In this document: piece after piece, positions 21,657-31,499 of the stretch
Layout of the letters: each line of letters opens with the position of its first letter
Numbering within the stretch: position 1 is the stretch's first letter
Assembly: GCA_003482455.1 (NCBI GenBank)
Contig: DMYW01000053.1
Coordinates: forward strand, 7,448 to 71,447
Origin: Rheinheimera sp.
GTDB taxonomy: Bacteria; Pseudomonadota; Gammaproteobacteria; Enterobacterales; Alteromonadaceae
Length of the DNA: 64,000 nucleotides
Reading direction: 5' to 3'
The notes under the pieces: model-generated
Database searches by the model: none
What the model was told of the DNA's origin: nothing
What the model saw: only the letters and a program-made list of their open reading frames with translations
Made by a program: the position numbers and the translations under genes

Positions 21657-22472
21657 ATGCGCCAATTGATAATGATCATAGTTTGTGGCTTTTTGTCATG
21701 GCAAAGCGCGGCACAAACGCTGGAACTGCGATTCGACGGCCAAGTCATGCAGCTCAGTTTAGCCGAGCTCAAACAAGCGCTGCCGGTCAAGTTGGTGCAG
21801 ATTGACGACCCTGTCTATCACAAAACCAAACGGTATCAAGCGTTTGAGTTAACTGCATTGCTCAACACCTATGGCGTGGTGTTAGATGCAACAAAGCATG
21901 AGCTGGTCACGACGGCCTTGGATGGTTACGCGCCACCGGTGCCGCTCAGTGCTTTAGCCAGCGCCAAAGGTTATCTGGCCTTTGCCGAGGAAGGCAAAGC
22001 CGACTTCCAATTCGAATCCGTAACTTTGGGAAAAAGTACCACAAGTCCAGCACCGTTTTATTTGGTGTGGCAAGTTGATGCCAAGCAGGCTGCACAGCTG
22101 CCATGGCCGTTCCAATTGGTCAAAATCGAAAAGGTTGATTTGGCCCAGCAATATGCGGCGATGTTTCCAAAAACAACCAGCACCACGCGCAATGCCGCCG
22201 CCGTACAACGCGGTTTTCAGCTGTTTCGGCAGCAATGCGTGCGTTGTCATTCCATTAATTTGCAAGGCGGCGTGGTGGGGCCTGAGCTAAATGCACCGAA
22301 AAACGTCACTGAGTATTGGACTGACGAGCACTTACGCGGTCTGATCCGTGACGCTTCAAGTTACCGTTATCGCAGCAAGATGCCAGCATTCCCTGAATTA
22401 TCGCCACAAGATATCGAAGATTTGTTGCAGTATTTACGGCAAATGGCAACACAGAAAATCAGTAAACCATAA
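21657..22472 (+). CDS. Periplasmic monoheme cytochrome c with N-terminal Moco-oxidoreductase-like domain
   Basis: Signal peptide; ALDGY and PFYLVW...WPFQL; C-terminal CVRCH, GPELN, SKMP. Confidence 0.8.
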   Translation: MRQLIMIIVCGFLSWQSAAQTLELRFDGQVMQLSLAELKQALPVKLVQIDDPVYHKTKRYQAFELTALLNTYGVVLDATKHELVTTALDGYAPPVPLSALASAKGYLAFAEEGKADFQFESVTLGKSTTSPAPFYLVWQVDAKQAAQLPWPFQLVKIEKVDLAQQYAAMFPKTTSTTRNAAAVQRGFQLFRQQCVRCHSINLQGGVVGPELNAPKNVTEYWTDEHLRGLIRDASSYRYRSKMPAFPELSPQDIEDLLQYLRQMATQKISKP

Positions 22473-22506
22473 GTGAATTTAAAGGGCGTCGGGTTTCCGT
22501 TGGATG

Positions 22507-22541
22507 GGTTTCACCAACAACCAGTCGTCATTGGTGAAACC
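22507..22541. terminator. Hairpin between convergent genes
   Basis: GGTTTCACCAA ... TTGGTGAAACC, 11-bp perfect inverted repeat; no U-tract. Confidence 0.5.
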
Positions 22542-22557
22542 TAGTCGCTGCTGCAGA

Positions 22558-23718
22558 TTAAAACATGGTCACGTCGCTGGAGCCGGCCGTTTTGTCATGC
22601 TGTTTAACATTTTGCGCTGCGCCAAATTCGGCAGCATTTAATGTTTTGGCTATCGTGTCGAGCCATTTGTGACTATCGATGTGAGCCAAGTCGTTAGGTT
22701 GTTGAAGCGTTGTTGTTAGCTTTTCAATATCGTTGCTGACATAGCTGAGGATTTGACACGCTTTTTCTTGGGACTGCAGCGAAATCAACGCTTGACCGAT
22801 ATCTTGCTGAATGGTTGTACTGCTGTGCTCTAAATGCTGCGATGACGTCATGATGTTACTGGCAACTTGGTTAAAGTTCGCCAAAACGGTGCTGATGTGG
22901 TCTTCAGATTGATTCAACCTTTGTTCATCTTGTGCCGACATTTCTGACGTGCGCGCTAGCGTGCGCTTGAGCATTTCGTTGACATCATCAATCCGTTTGG
23001 TGATGCGAGCTCCGGTTTCGCCCGAACGTGACGATAGTGTGCGAACTTCGTCGGCAACCACCGCAAAACCGCGACCTTGCTCACCTGCGCGTGCGGCTTC
23101 TATAGCGGCGTTGAGCGCCAACAAATTGGTTTGTGAGGCGATCCCTGCAACCTCAGCGCCCATGTTTTTTAACTCATCCGTGACACCCGCTAACGCTTGG
23201 ATTTCATGCAATAATTCATTGCGCATGGCAATAGCTTCTTGTAGTTGCTGCACAATACTTTTGAGTTGCTGTTCTGATTGTTGTACTACAGTTGTTAAAC
23301 TTTGCTGTCCGCCATTGGATGACCGAACCGTTTGCAAGGATTGCTGCAGCTGTTGGTAAATGCCATTAAATTGGTGAGTGAGAGTCGTCGTACCTCGTTC
23401 TAGCTGCTGCGCAGCAGTCTGTTGTTGTTCTCGCCATACAGGCAATAGACGGCGTAGGAAATCGAGCCTTTGTTGTTCTTTGGCAGTCAAATCATCGCAT
23501 TGCAGCTGTAATTCGCGACGAAGTGGATCTAATGATTGAGCTTCACTCGGACCAGCTTGTTGGCCCTGCCATAAGGCCCACAAAATAGTTGCAACGGCAA
23601 CTAGACCAAGTCCTAACCGCACCGTAGCAGATTGAGGATCCATCAATAACACGATAGCAACGACGCTTAATCCAACCAAGCCGATCCAGAACGAAATTCC
23701 AGATTTTCCAGTTCCCAT
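22558..23718 (-). CDS. Methyl-accepting chemotaxis protein
   Basis: [37 protein letters not shown]; two adjacent N-terminal TM helices; GGAGG RBS before 23718. Confidence 0.93.
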   Translation of the reverse strand: MGTGKSGISFWIGLVGLSVVAIVLLMDPQSATVRLGLGLVAVATILWALWQGQQAGPSEAQSLDPLRRELQLQCDDLTAKEQQRLDFLRRLLPVWREQQQTAAQQLERGTTTLTHQFNGIYQQLQQSLQTVRSSNGGQQSLTTVVQQSEQQLKSIVQQLQEAIAMRNELLHEIQALAGVTDELKNMGAEVAGIASQTNLLALNAAIEAARAGEQGRGFAVVADEVRTLSSRSGETGARITKRIDDVNEMLKRTLARTSEMSAQDEQRLNQSEDHISTVLANFNQVASNIMTSSQHLEHSSTTIQQDIGQALISLQSQEKACQILSYVSNDIEKLTTTLQQPNDLAHIDSHKWLDTIAKTLNAAEFGAAQNVKQHDKTAGSSDVTMF

Positions 23719-23898
23719 ACATGCCTCCGACACAGTGTTCATCGCTATTAAAACAGCGCCGTGTTCAACGAATTGGTTGGCATTAACAAGATGAACAAGA
23801 TAAGGAAAAAACAAGTTAGGTGAATGTTGTTGAGCGCACTCTATCAACTGAACAACAAGCAGAGAGCGCTCACCGTTTAAACGTAGGCGTTGCTCGAC

Positions 23899-23925
23899 AG
23901 ATCGGCAAATCGACTTGCAGGATTA
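23899..23925 (-). promoter_or_regulatory. Putative sigma-28 (FliA) promoter for the MCP
   Basis: Minus strand TAAT-N15-GCCGATCT versus consensus TAAA-N15-GCCGATAA; upstream of a chemoreceptor. Confidence 0.7.
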
Positions 23926-23994
23926 AAGTAGGCCAACTGGGTAAATCCAAGATATCAGTGTGGTTCCGTCGTTTTAGTGAACCATGGCATGGGC

Positions 23995-24879
23995 TTATGT
24001 GGGTTCTGTGGAATTTGAATTGACGTGAAAAATTGCAGGGAAACATTGATGCTGCAGGGCTATGTCGCACAAGGCGCGTACAGAGCTTTGATGTTGTTGA
24101 TTCTTATCAAAGGCCAACACCAGTTCGCGCTCTAAACCAAGGCCGGCGATCGGTCGGTATTGAATGTCTGCGCGAAACTTTTGCATTTCAAACGCTGGCA
24201 ACAGCGCACAGCCGATGCCTGCGCCGACTAAGCCTATCGCGTATTCGATGGTGTGAATATTGGCGCGAATTTGCGGCTTGATGTTGGCTTTATTCAGCGC
24301 CAGCGCCACTTGGTCCCAGGCCTCGCACGGTGTGCGTTTGATCAAGGGCATTTTTTTAAAATCGCTCAGTTGTATTTCTGCGGCGGTGCACAACGGGTGC
24401 TGCGCCGGCAGCGCTAACAAATAGTGATCATTCCACAGCGGTTGATAGAGCTCGCCGGCTTTCAGTTGGCGAATATTGATAATGCGTGCATCGCACGGCT
24501 CGTCGGGTTCGACCAAATGCAGCTCCAGCCCTGGCACTTTGCTGTTGAATTCTTTGAGCAGCAGGCTCATCCGCTCCACGCCAAGCGCTCGTACCAGCCC
24601 TAAACGAAACTGCACTTTGCGCGTGGGCTTTTTAAAAGAGGCTTGCAGCGCTTGCAGTTGGCTGAGCAGTTGACAGGCTTGGCTGTAAAGCCGCTCGCCT
24701 TCGTCGGTCGGCGTCACCCCTTTGGGCAGGCGATGAAACAGTGGGCAGCCAAGCTGTTGTTCGAGCTGGGCAATAGCGCTAGACACCGATGGTTGGGCCA
24801 CTTGGCACTGACGCGCCGCAGCGCTGATGCTACGCTGCTCATAGACGGCGACAAAATAAGCAAGTTGGCGGGTGTCCAT
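23995..24879 (-). CDS. LysR-family regulator (GcdR-like context)
   Basis: MDTRQLAYFVAV..SISAAA..QPSVSSAIAQLEQQLG; divergent from gcdH. Confidence 0.93.
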   Translation of the reverse strand: MDTRQLAYFVAVYEQRSISAAARQCQVAQPSVSSAIAQLEQQLGCPLFHRLPKGVTPTDEGERLYSQACQLLSQLQALQASFKKPTRKVQFRLGLVRALGVERMSLLLKEFNSKVPGLELHLVEPDEPCDARIINIRQLKAGELYQPLWNDHYLLALPAQHPLCTAAEIQLSDFKKMPLIKRTPCEAWDQVALALNKANIKPQIRANIHTIEYAIGLVGAGIGCALLPAFEMQKFRADIQYRPIAGLGLERELVLAFDKNQQHQSSVRALCDIALQHQCFPAIFHVNSNSTEPT

Positions 24880-24892
24880 AGTTAAAACCTAT
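24878..24892. promoter_or_regulatory. Putative LysR box (T-N11-A)
   Basis: ATAG-N7-CTAT overlapping the LysR start codon. Confidence 0.55.
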
Positions 24893-25005
24893 AGGTGCAA
24901 CAGTTTCTATATGATTTTACTTTACATCGACGCTAAATAAGATAGCAACCAACAGGTTATGGCAGAAATACACTGCCTAACAAAACCCTACAAAAGAGAC
25001 ACAGC

Positions 25006-26181
25006 ATGAGCAGAACCCAATTCGACTGGCAAGATCCGTTTTCCTTTCAAAGTTTGTTAACCGAAGAAGAGCGGATGATTAGCCAAGCCGCCCGCGATTA
25101 TTGCCAAGACAAGTTGATGAGCCGGGTACTAGAAGCCAACCGCCACGAGCATTTTGACGTGGAAATTATGCGTGAATTAGGCGAGCTTGGGTTACTGGGC
25201 GCTACGTTGCCAGAGCAATACGGCTGCTCGGCTGTCAACTATGTCAGCTACGGCCTTGTTGCGCGCGAAGTGGAGCGGGTCGACAGCGGCTATCGCAGTG
25301 CCATGTCGGTGCAATCAAGCCTGGTGATGCACCCCATTTATGCCTACGGCAGCGAAGAACAACGGATGAAATACCTGCCGAAATTGGCAACCGGCGAGTG
25401 GATTGGTTGTTTTGGTTTGACTGAGCCGGACGCGGGCTCAGACCCTGCCAGCATGCGCACCACCGCCAAAAAAGTCGACGGCGGGTACGTGCTGTCGGGT
25501 AGCAAAATGTGGATCACCAACAGCCCAGTCGCCGACGTGTTTGTAGTGTGGGCTAAGTTGGACGGGGTCATTCGCGGTTTTATCTTAGAAAAAGGCTGGA
25601 AAGGCCTCAGCGCACCCAAAATCGAAGGCAAATTCTCGCTGCGCGCCTCGATCACCGGCGAAATCGTCATGGACGAAGTGTTTGTACCGGAATCACAACT
25701 GTTGCCCAATGCCAGCGGCTTGTCAGGCCCCTTTGGCTGCTTGAACAAAGCGCGTTACGGCATCGCGTGGGGCGCCTTGGGCGCTGCGGAATTCTGTTTC
25801 CACGCCGCCCGCCAATACACCTTAGATCGCCAGCAATTTGGCCGGCCATTGGCGCAAACTCAGCTGATCCAAAAGAAACTGGCGGATATGCAAACCGACA
25901 TCAACTTAGGCCTGTTGGGTTGTTTGCAAGCCGGTCGACTGATGGACGCCGGTCACTTACCGGTCGAAACCATCAGCTTGATTAAACGCAACTCGTGCGG
26001 CAAAGCGCTGGAGATCGCTCGTATCGCCCGTGATATGCACGGCGGCAATGGTATTGCCGATGAATACCATGTCATTCGCCATGTGATGAACTTAGAAGCG
26101 GTGAATACCTACGAAGGCACTCACGATGTGCACGCGCTGATTTTGGGGCGTGCGATCACTGGCTTGCAGGCGTTTTTCTAA
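25006..26181 (+). CDS. gcdH: Glutaryl-CoA dehydrogenase
   Basis: [58 protein letters not shown]. Confidence 0.93.
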   Translation: MSRTQFDWQDPFSFQSLLTEEERMISQAARDYCQDKLMSRVLEANRHEHFDVEIMRELGELGLLGATLPEQYGCSAVNYVSYGLVAREVERVDSGYRSAMSVQSSLVMHPIYAYGSEEQRMKYLPKLATGEWIGCFGLTEPDAGSDPASMRTTAKKVDGGYVLSGSKMWITNSPVADVFVVWAKLDGVIRGFILEKGWKGLSAPKIEGKFSLRASITGEIVMDEVFVPESQLLPNASGLSGPFGCLNKARYGIAWGALGAAEFCFHAARQYTLDRQQFGRPLAQTQLIQKKLADMQTDINLGLLGCLQAGRLMDAGHLPVETISLIKRNSCGKALEIARIARDMHGGNGIADEYHVIRHVMNLEAVNTYEGTHDVHALILGRAITGLQAFF

Positions 26182-26267
26182 CGTCTTGAGAGGGTGGCGC
26201 GTGGCTCGCGATAGCGACGCGTCCAACCCAAACGGTGAATAAAGCGCTGCTGGATGCGACCGGCGGC

Positions 26268-26307
26268 GCGTTAAAACCAAGCGTTAAAACAAGCGTTAAA
26301 CCAAGCG
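26268..26307 (+). repeat. Three tandem copies of a 12-13 bp unit
   Basis: GCGTTAAAACCAA GCGTTAAAACAA GCGTTAAACCAA GCG. Confidence 0.85.
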
Positions 26308-26435
26308 CGGCACGCGACTGTCTCGCAGCTGCACTTTAAGTGCCTAGGTACAAAAGACACATCAGAAACCAAGACAAAAACGAAAACAACAAAAACGAAA
26401 AACAACAAAAAACCAGCCAAATCCAAGGACAGCCG

Positions 26436-28643
26436 ATGAGCCAGCACGAACAACACCCCTGGGCTTTATCCTACATACAACGCGTCCGCGACGGTCGTTT
26501 ACCGACCATTTTGTCAGGCGCGGATAATCTGCCGACCGCCAAACTGGCGCAAATTTTTCAATCGATGCTACAAAGCCGCTTGCTGGATTTGCGCTCGCGG
26601 TTGTTACAAGCCAAGGGGCAGAGTTTTTACACCATCGGCTCTAGTGGTCACGAAGCCAATGCGGTGGTGGCGCATGTGCTGAACCGCACCGATCCGGCGT
26701 TTTTGCATTACCGCAGCGGCGCATTTTTTGTCGAGCGCAGCAAACAACTCAACGGCGCCACGCCTTTGTACGACATGATGCTTAGTTTTGCCGCGTCCAG
26801 CGACGACCCGATCTCGGGCGGTCGGCACAAGGTGCTGGGCAGTTTGCCGCTGTGTGTGCCGCCGCAAACCTCGACTATCGCCTCGCATTTGCCCAAAGCG
26901 GTCGCCACTGGCTTTGCCATTGATTTATGCGAGCGGTTAGGCGTTGCAGGCACCTGGCCAGATGGCGCTATTGCGGTCTGTAGTTTTGGGGATGCGTCAG
27001 CCAATCATTCCACCGCGCAAGGCGCCATTAACGCGGCTTGCTGGGCCGATTACCAACATGTGCCGGTGCCTGTGCTGTTTTTGTGTGAAGACAATGGCTT
27101 AGGTATTTCGACACCAACGCCATGCGGCTGGATCGCCCATAGCTTGTCGCCGCATATGCAAACCTTTACCGCCGATTCGCGTGATTTAGGCGCTGTGTAC
27201 GCGGCGGCGACCGCGGCCGTTGAGTTTGTCCGTAGCAAACGTAAACCGGCGCTGCTGCATTTAAAAACCTTCCGCTTATTTGGCCATGCCGGCGCCGATG
27301 CCGAAGTGGCGTATCGCAAAAAAGAGCTGATTGAAAGCGAACTGGAACAAGACCCGCTGCTGTACGCTACTGCGTTGCTGCTCAGTCGCGGGGTGGAAAC
27401 TGCCGAGCAGCTGGCCTCGCAAATCGAGCACCTGGACCAGCAAATTGGCCGTGTGGCGTTTGAAGCGACGCAGCGGCCGAAACTAAAAGACGCTGCGGCG
27501 GTGATGCAATCGATTGTGCCGCCCAGCAGTGGCAAGGCCTTGCCAGCGCTGGTCGAGCGCACGCAAGCATTAGGGTTTGATAAACATAACCTTGGCAAAC
27601 CGCAGCACATGGCGAAGCTGATCAACTGGACCTTGCACGAGATTTTCGCGCGTTACCCCACGGCGGTGATGATGGGCGAAGACGTCGGCAAAAAAGGCGG
27701 CGTCTATGGGGTGACGCAGCAGTTGGTGCAGCAATTTGGTCCGAATCGCGTGATCAACACCTTGCTGGATGAACAAAGTATTTTGGGTCTTGGCATTGGC
27801 GCGGCGCAACAAGGCTTGCTGGCGATGCCGGAAATTCAGTTTTTGGCCTATGTGCACAACGCCGAAGACCAAATTCGTGGTGAAGCCGCGACCCTGCCGT
27901 TTTTCTCCAACGGCCAATATCAAAACCCGATGGTGGTGCGCATTGCCGGCTTGGCCTATCAGCGCGGCTTTGGTGGGCATTTCCACAACGACAACAGCTT
28001 TGCAGTGTTTCGAGATATTCCAGGGCTGATTTTGATGTGCCCATCCAACGGTTATGACGCGGCGGTGCTGCTGCGCCAAGCGGTGGAACTGGCCTATCGC
28101 GACAACCGATTAGTAGTGTTTTTAGAGCCGATCGCCTTGTACATGACGCGTGATTTACACGAAACCGGCGATAACTTATGGACACGCGAGCTGCCAGCGC
28201 CTGACTTGCCATCCCCCGATTTTGGTACACCCGCCGTGGTGGAACCGATTGCTGGCGCCAAGGCGGATGTCTGTATTATCAGCTACGCCAATGGCTTTTA
28301 TTTGTCGCTGCAAGCGCAAAAAGAATTGGCCGCGCAGGGCATTCAAGCCCGTGTGCTGGACCTGCGGTATTTAGTACCGCTGCATGTCGATAAGATTGCG
28401 CAGGCGATTGGCGATTGCCGCAAAGTGCTGATTGTCGATGAATGCCGTAAACGCGGCAGTTTAAGCGAAGAGTTATTCACCAGCCTGCATGAACATCAAC
28501 CCGGGCGCTTTGTGATCCAGCGCTTGTGTGCGCAAGACAGCTTTATTCCGCTGGGCGCCGCGGCTTATCACGTGTTGCCATCCAAAGCGCTGATTGTTGA
28601 AGCCGCTAGCCGCTTAATGGCTACTAATGGAGAGAACGCATGA
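26436..28643 (+). CDS. Fused 2-oxoacid dehydrogenase E1 alpha/beta (ThDP-dependent)
   Basis: GHEA, FLHYRS, ThDP motif GDAS...EDN, RLFGHAGAD; beta part GEDVGKKGGVYG, EIQF, FLEP; AAGGA RBS before 26436. Confidence 0.92.
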   Translation: MSQHEQHPWALSYIQRVRDGRLPTILSGADNLPTAKLAQIFQSMLQSRLLDLRSRLLQAKGQSFYTIGSSGHEANAVVAHVLNRTDPAFLHYRSGAFFVERSKQLNGATPLYDMMLSFAASSDDPISGGRHKVLGSLPLCVPPQTSTIASHLPKAVATGFAIDLCERLGVAGTWPDGAIAVCSFGDASANHSTAQGAINAACWADYQHVPVPVLFLCEDNGLGISTPTPCGWIAHSLSPHMQTFTADSRDLGAVYAAATAAVEFVRSKRKPALLHLKTFRLFGHAGADAEVAYRKKELIESELEQDPLLYATALLLSRGVETAEQLASQIEHLDQQIGRVAFEATQRPKLKDAAAVMQSIVPPSSGKALPALVERTQALGFDKHNLGKPQHMAKLINWTLHEIFARYPTAVMMGEDVGKKGGVYGVTQQLVQQFGPNRVINTLLDEQSILGLGIGAAQQGLLAMPEIQFLAYVHNAEDQIRGEAATLPFFSNGQYQNPMVVRIAGLAYQRGFGGHFHNDNSFAVFRDIPGLILMCPSNGYDAAVLLRQAVELAYRDNRLVVFLEPIALYMTRDLHETGDNLWTRELPAPDLPSPDFGTPAVVEPIAGAKADVCIISYANGFYLSLQAQKELAAQGIQARVLDLRYLVPLHVDKIAQAIGDCRKVLIVDECRKRGSLSEELFTSLHEHQPGRFVIQRLCAQDSFIPLGAAAYHVLPSKALIVEAASRLMATNGENA

Positions 28644-29641
28644 GTCGTAAAACCGCTGTGGTGATTTGCCCTGGACGCGGCACCTATCAGAAAAATGAAT
28701 TTGGCTGCTTAAAGCCGTTTTATGACACGCCGCTACTGAATCAAATTGACCGGGTGCGGGCATCGCTTGGCCTTGAAACCGTGTCGGCGTTAGATAGTGC
28801 CGATAAATATTTACCGGCGCGACATCAGCTAGCGGTGAATAACGCGGCGCTGATTTATGCCACCGGGCTGTGCCAGTTCAACGCCATTAACCCAGATGAA
28901 TACGAGGTTGTGGCGGTCACCGGCAACTCGATGGGCTGGTATACGGCGCTCAGTTGCGCTGGTGTGTGGGACGCAGACATCGGTACAGAAATTATGTCGG
29001 CGATGGCAGAGCTGACCGCGAATTGCCCTGGCATTGGTGGTGATACCGGCGGTCAGTTGATTTACCCAGTGCTGAATGAGCAGTGGCAGCCGGATGCGTC
29101 GCGCCTTGCCGCCGTGGCTGAAGTACTAAAACTGCCAGGCATGTATCGCTCGATTCAATACGGTGGTTATGCGGTGCTCGCTGGCACCACGCCGGCGGTG
29201 AAACAAGCGCTTTTGATGCTACCGCCGGTCGATGAGCGCTTCCCGATGCAGCTGGCGGGGCACAGTGCCTTTCACAGCCCGCTGATGCAAGAGGCGTCTA
29301 ATCAGGCCTTGGCACGATTTGGTGCTGAGTGTTTTACCAATCCACGGCTGCCGCTGATCGATGGCCAAGGCCATGTCTGGCCGGATTTGCCAGTGGATGC
29401 CGAGTCGCTGCGGCGGTACACCTTTCAAACTCAAGTCAGTAGCGGTTATGACTTTAAAACGGCGGTGCAAGTGGCGGTGCGTGAGTTTGCGCCGGATGCC
29501 TTATTGCTGCTAGGCCCAGGCACGGCGCTTGGTGGCGCTGTGGCGCAAAGCCTGATTGAAATTAACTGGCATGGCCTTGCTAGCAAAGCTGATTTTACGG
29601 CGCTGCAAGCCAGTGCCGAGCCGTATTTGATTCAACTCTAA
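28640..29641 (+). CDS. FabD/acyltransferase-fold protein with atypical motifs
   Basis: CPGRG, GNSMG nucleophile elbow, AFHSPLM, LGPG; ATGA overlap with E1. Confidence 0.85.
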   Translation: MSRKTAVVICPGRGTYQKNEFGCLKPFYDTPLLNQIDRVRASLGLETVSALDSADKYLPARHQLAVNNAALIYATGLCQFNAINPDEYEVVAVTGNSMGWYTALSCAGVWDADIGTEIMSAMAELTANCPGIGGDTGGQLIYPVLNEQWQPDASRLAAVAEVLKLPGMYRSIQYGGYAVLAGTTPAVKQALLMLPPVDERFPMQLAGHSAFHSPLMQEASNQALARFGAECFTNPRLPLIDGQGHVWPDLPVDAESLRRYTFQTQVSSGYDFKTAVQVAVREFAPDALLLLGPGTALGGAVAQSLIEINWHGLASKADFTALQASAEPYLIQL

Positions 29642-29827
29642 GACGGTCCATTCGCCCAACATCCAGCGTCTTTGCCGGCGCTGTGTTGGGGATTGGTGCT
29701 GTCGATGTCTGCTGGGCGGTTGGTGGGAATTTGGCATCACCGATCGTTTGCTACGAAAGCGTCCTTTTTACCTTGGACTTGGCAGCAAACACGGGTCACA
29801 CGGCAAAAAGCGGCGGCGATGGATGAT

Positions 29828-30274
29828 TCAAGGGCTGCGTTGGAAACCTTGCTCCGTTAATACCCCAAGTACCCGCACTTGTGGCGTCACTTCAGTAAGC
29901 GGTACATAACCGAGGGCGTCTGGGTCACTCGCCACTTGTTGCAGCACTTCGCTGGATTCCATGTATTGCAGCGCATCGGCGTTGCCGGTAAACAACAAGC
30001 GCGACCAATAGGATTGGTATTGTGCCGCTGTTAGATCCAACAATCGTTGGCAAACCAGCATATGCGCATCCGAGCGAGGTGGTAAATGATACAAATGAAT
30101 TTTCTGGCCTTTACCAAAGAATTTCTGTTTATTCAGTAAGATATGTTGTAACTGCTCTTGGCTTAATACCACAGGGTTGCTTTTGTGCACCACCAAAGCC
30201 AATTCAAGGGCAAGCGCAGGGCGGGCCAGCAGCAGCGCTAGCAAGGCGATCCAAGCATATAGCGTTGTCGACAC
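29828..30274 (-). CDS. Small periplasmic binding protein (second copy)
   Basis: LVVHKSNP, YWSRLLFTG, DPDALGYV; GTG start at 30274 inferred. Confidence 0.82.
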   Translation of the reverse strand: MSTTLYAWIALLALLLARPALALELALVVHKSNPVVLSQEQLQHILLNKQKFFGKGQKIHLYHLPPRSDAHMLVCQRLLDLTAAQYQSYWSRLLFTGNADALQYMESSEVLQQVASDPDALGYVPLTEVTPQVRVLGVLTEQGFQRSP

Positions 30275-30278
30275 CTTG

Positions 30279-31499
30279 TTAGAACACAAAATCCACCCCC
30301 AACGAAAAACCGTGCGCGGCTTGTGAACTGCCATCCGTCACAAACACCACATCGCCAAGCATGTAGTCTGCTTTCAGCGCCATGCTAGGGGCTAAGTCGT
30401 AGCGCGCTGATAACACGTTCAAACGCAGCATGCGTTGATTAAGTGATTTAACCATCAACGGCAGCAGCGGGTAGAACTGCGGTGGAGTGCCTTCGCGCAA
30501 CACCTCGCTGGCGGCAAGTGGATGTTTGCTGATTTGTTCGTGGTGTAATGTCAGCACCAGATCGTCAAAGCGTCGTGAGGCAGCGGCAAACCACGCAGAC
30601 GTTTGCCCATCAATGGCACCATCAATGCCATAGCGGGTGCGTTCGACTTCAAAGTGCCAATCGCCGGGATGATAACGAAGGCCATAGAACCAATAGTTGC
30701 CGCCATTGGTAAAACTAGTATCGGCAAAAAAATCGGCGATTTGTGACGGGCTGCCACCAAGTTGCTGCAGCGTTGGCGTCAAACTGGCAATAAAGCGCTG
30801 ATCCAAGCTTTGTAAGTCGACGTCGGTTTTCATCAAGCCTGCCACGAGGTTGACTTTTTGCGTATCCAAATTGAACTTCAGTGCGCGAATGTCCCGCAGG
30901 TGGCTCGGAATACCGGAACCGCCAGCCGCGCTTTTAAACAACAAACCGTCGAAATTGCTCCACTGCGCCTGCGTTTTTAAGGTAGCCCAGCTCCAGTTTT
31001 GTTGGTGTTCCAGCGAAATACCTTCGCCGGTTTCGAAATCAAACCGCCAATACACCGACTTGGGGAGTCGCGAGTAATTATGGGAAAAGCCGATGTATTG
31101 GGTATCGCTTTGCGCAAATAGCGGGATATCTAAACGCCCAGCTTTGAGCTGCCAAGCGTCATTCAGTTGCCAGCGTAAGAACAGCAGTTTGGTTTCTGGT
31201 TTAAAGTCACGATTGCCGCGAGCTTGCCACTGCGCCACCAGCTGCATGTCGTCGCTGATATCGTGTTGCATTTGCACGCCGAACAAGGTTTCTTCACTAA
31301 AACTGAGTTCGCTGGTGCCGCGGTAGAATTCTGGGATCTCGGCATCTTGCCCTTGCATGGAAAATTGGCCCATGCGCACTGAACCGTAGCCGTGCCAATC
31401 CATGGCATAACTCGGTGCTGCGAAACAGCAGGCCAGTAAGCCAAGACACAGCCCCTTAAGGTATTTAGTCGGGTTTTTGCCGCGGAATATGGATAACAA
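30279..31499 (-). CDS. Outer-membrane porin-like beta-barrel (second copy)
   Basis: Signal peptide ending SYA; WHGYGS, LKAGRL.IPLF..SD...IGF; C-terminal GVDFVF; start approximate. Confidence 0.8.
   Translation of the reverse strand: MLSIFRGKNPTKYLKGLCLGLLACCFAAPSYAMDWHGYGSVRMGQFSMQGQDAEIPEFYRGTSELSFSEETLFGVQMQHDISDDMQLVAQWQARGNRDFKPETKLLFLRWQLNDAWQLKAGRLDIPLFAQSDTQYIGFSHNYSRLPKSVYWRFDFETGEGISLEHQQNWSWATLKTQAQWSNFDGLLFKSAAGGSGIPSHLRDIRALKFNLDTQKVNLVAGLMKTDVDLQSLDQRFIASLTPTLQQLGGSPSQIADFFADTSFTNGGNYWFYGLRYHPGDWHFEVERTRYGIDGAIDGQTSAWFAAASRRFDDLVLTLHHEQISKHPLAASEVLREGTPPQFYPLLPLMVKSLNQRMLRLNVLSARYDLAPSMALKADYMLGDVVFVTDGSSQAAHGFSLGVDFVF

Noticed and set aside
26340..26435. N/K/Q-rich N-terminal extension of E1 in the ORF track
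   Set aside because: It is a translation of the A/C-rich leader; the RBS supports ATG 26436
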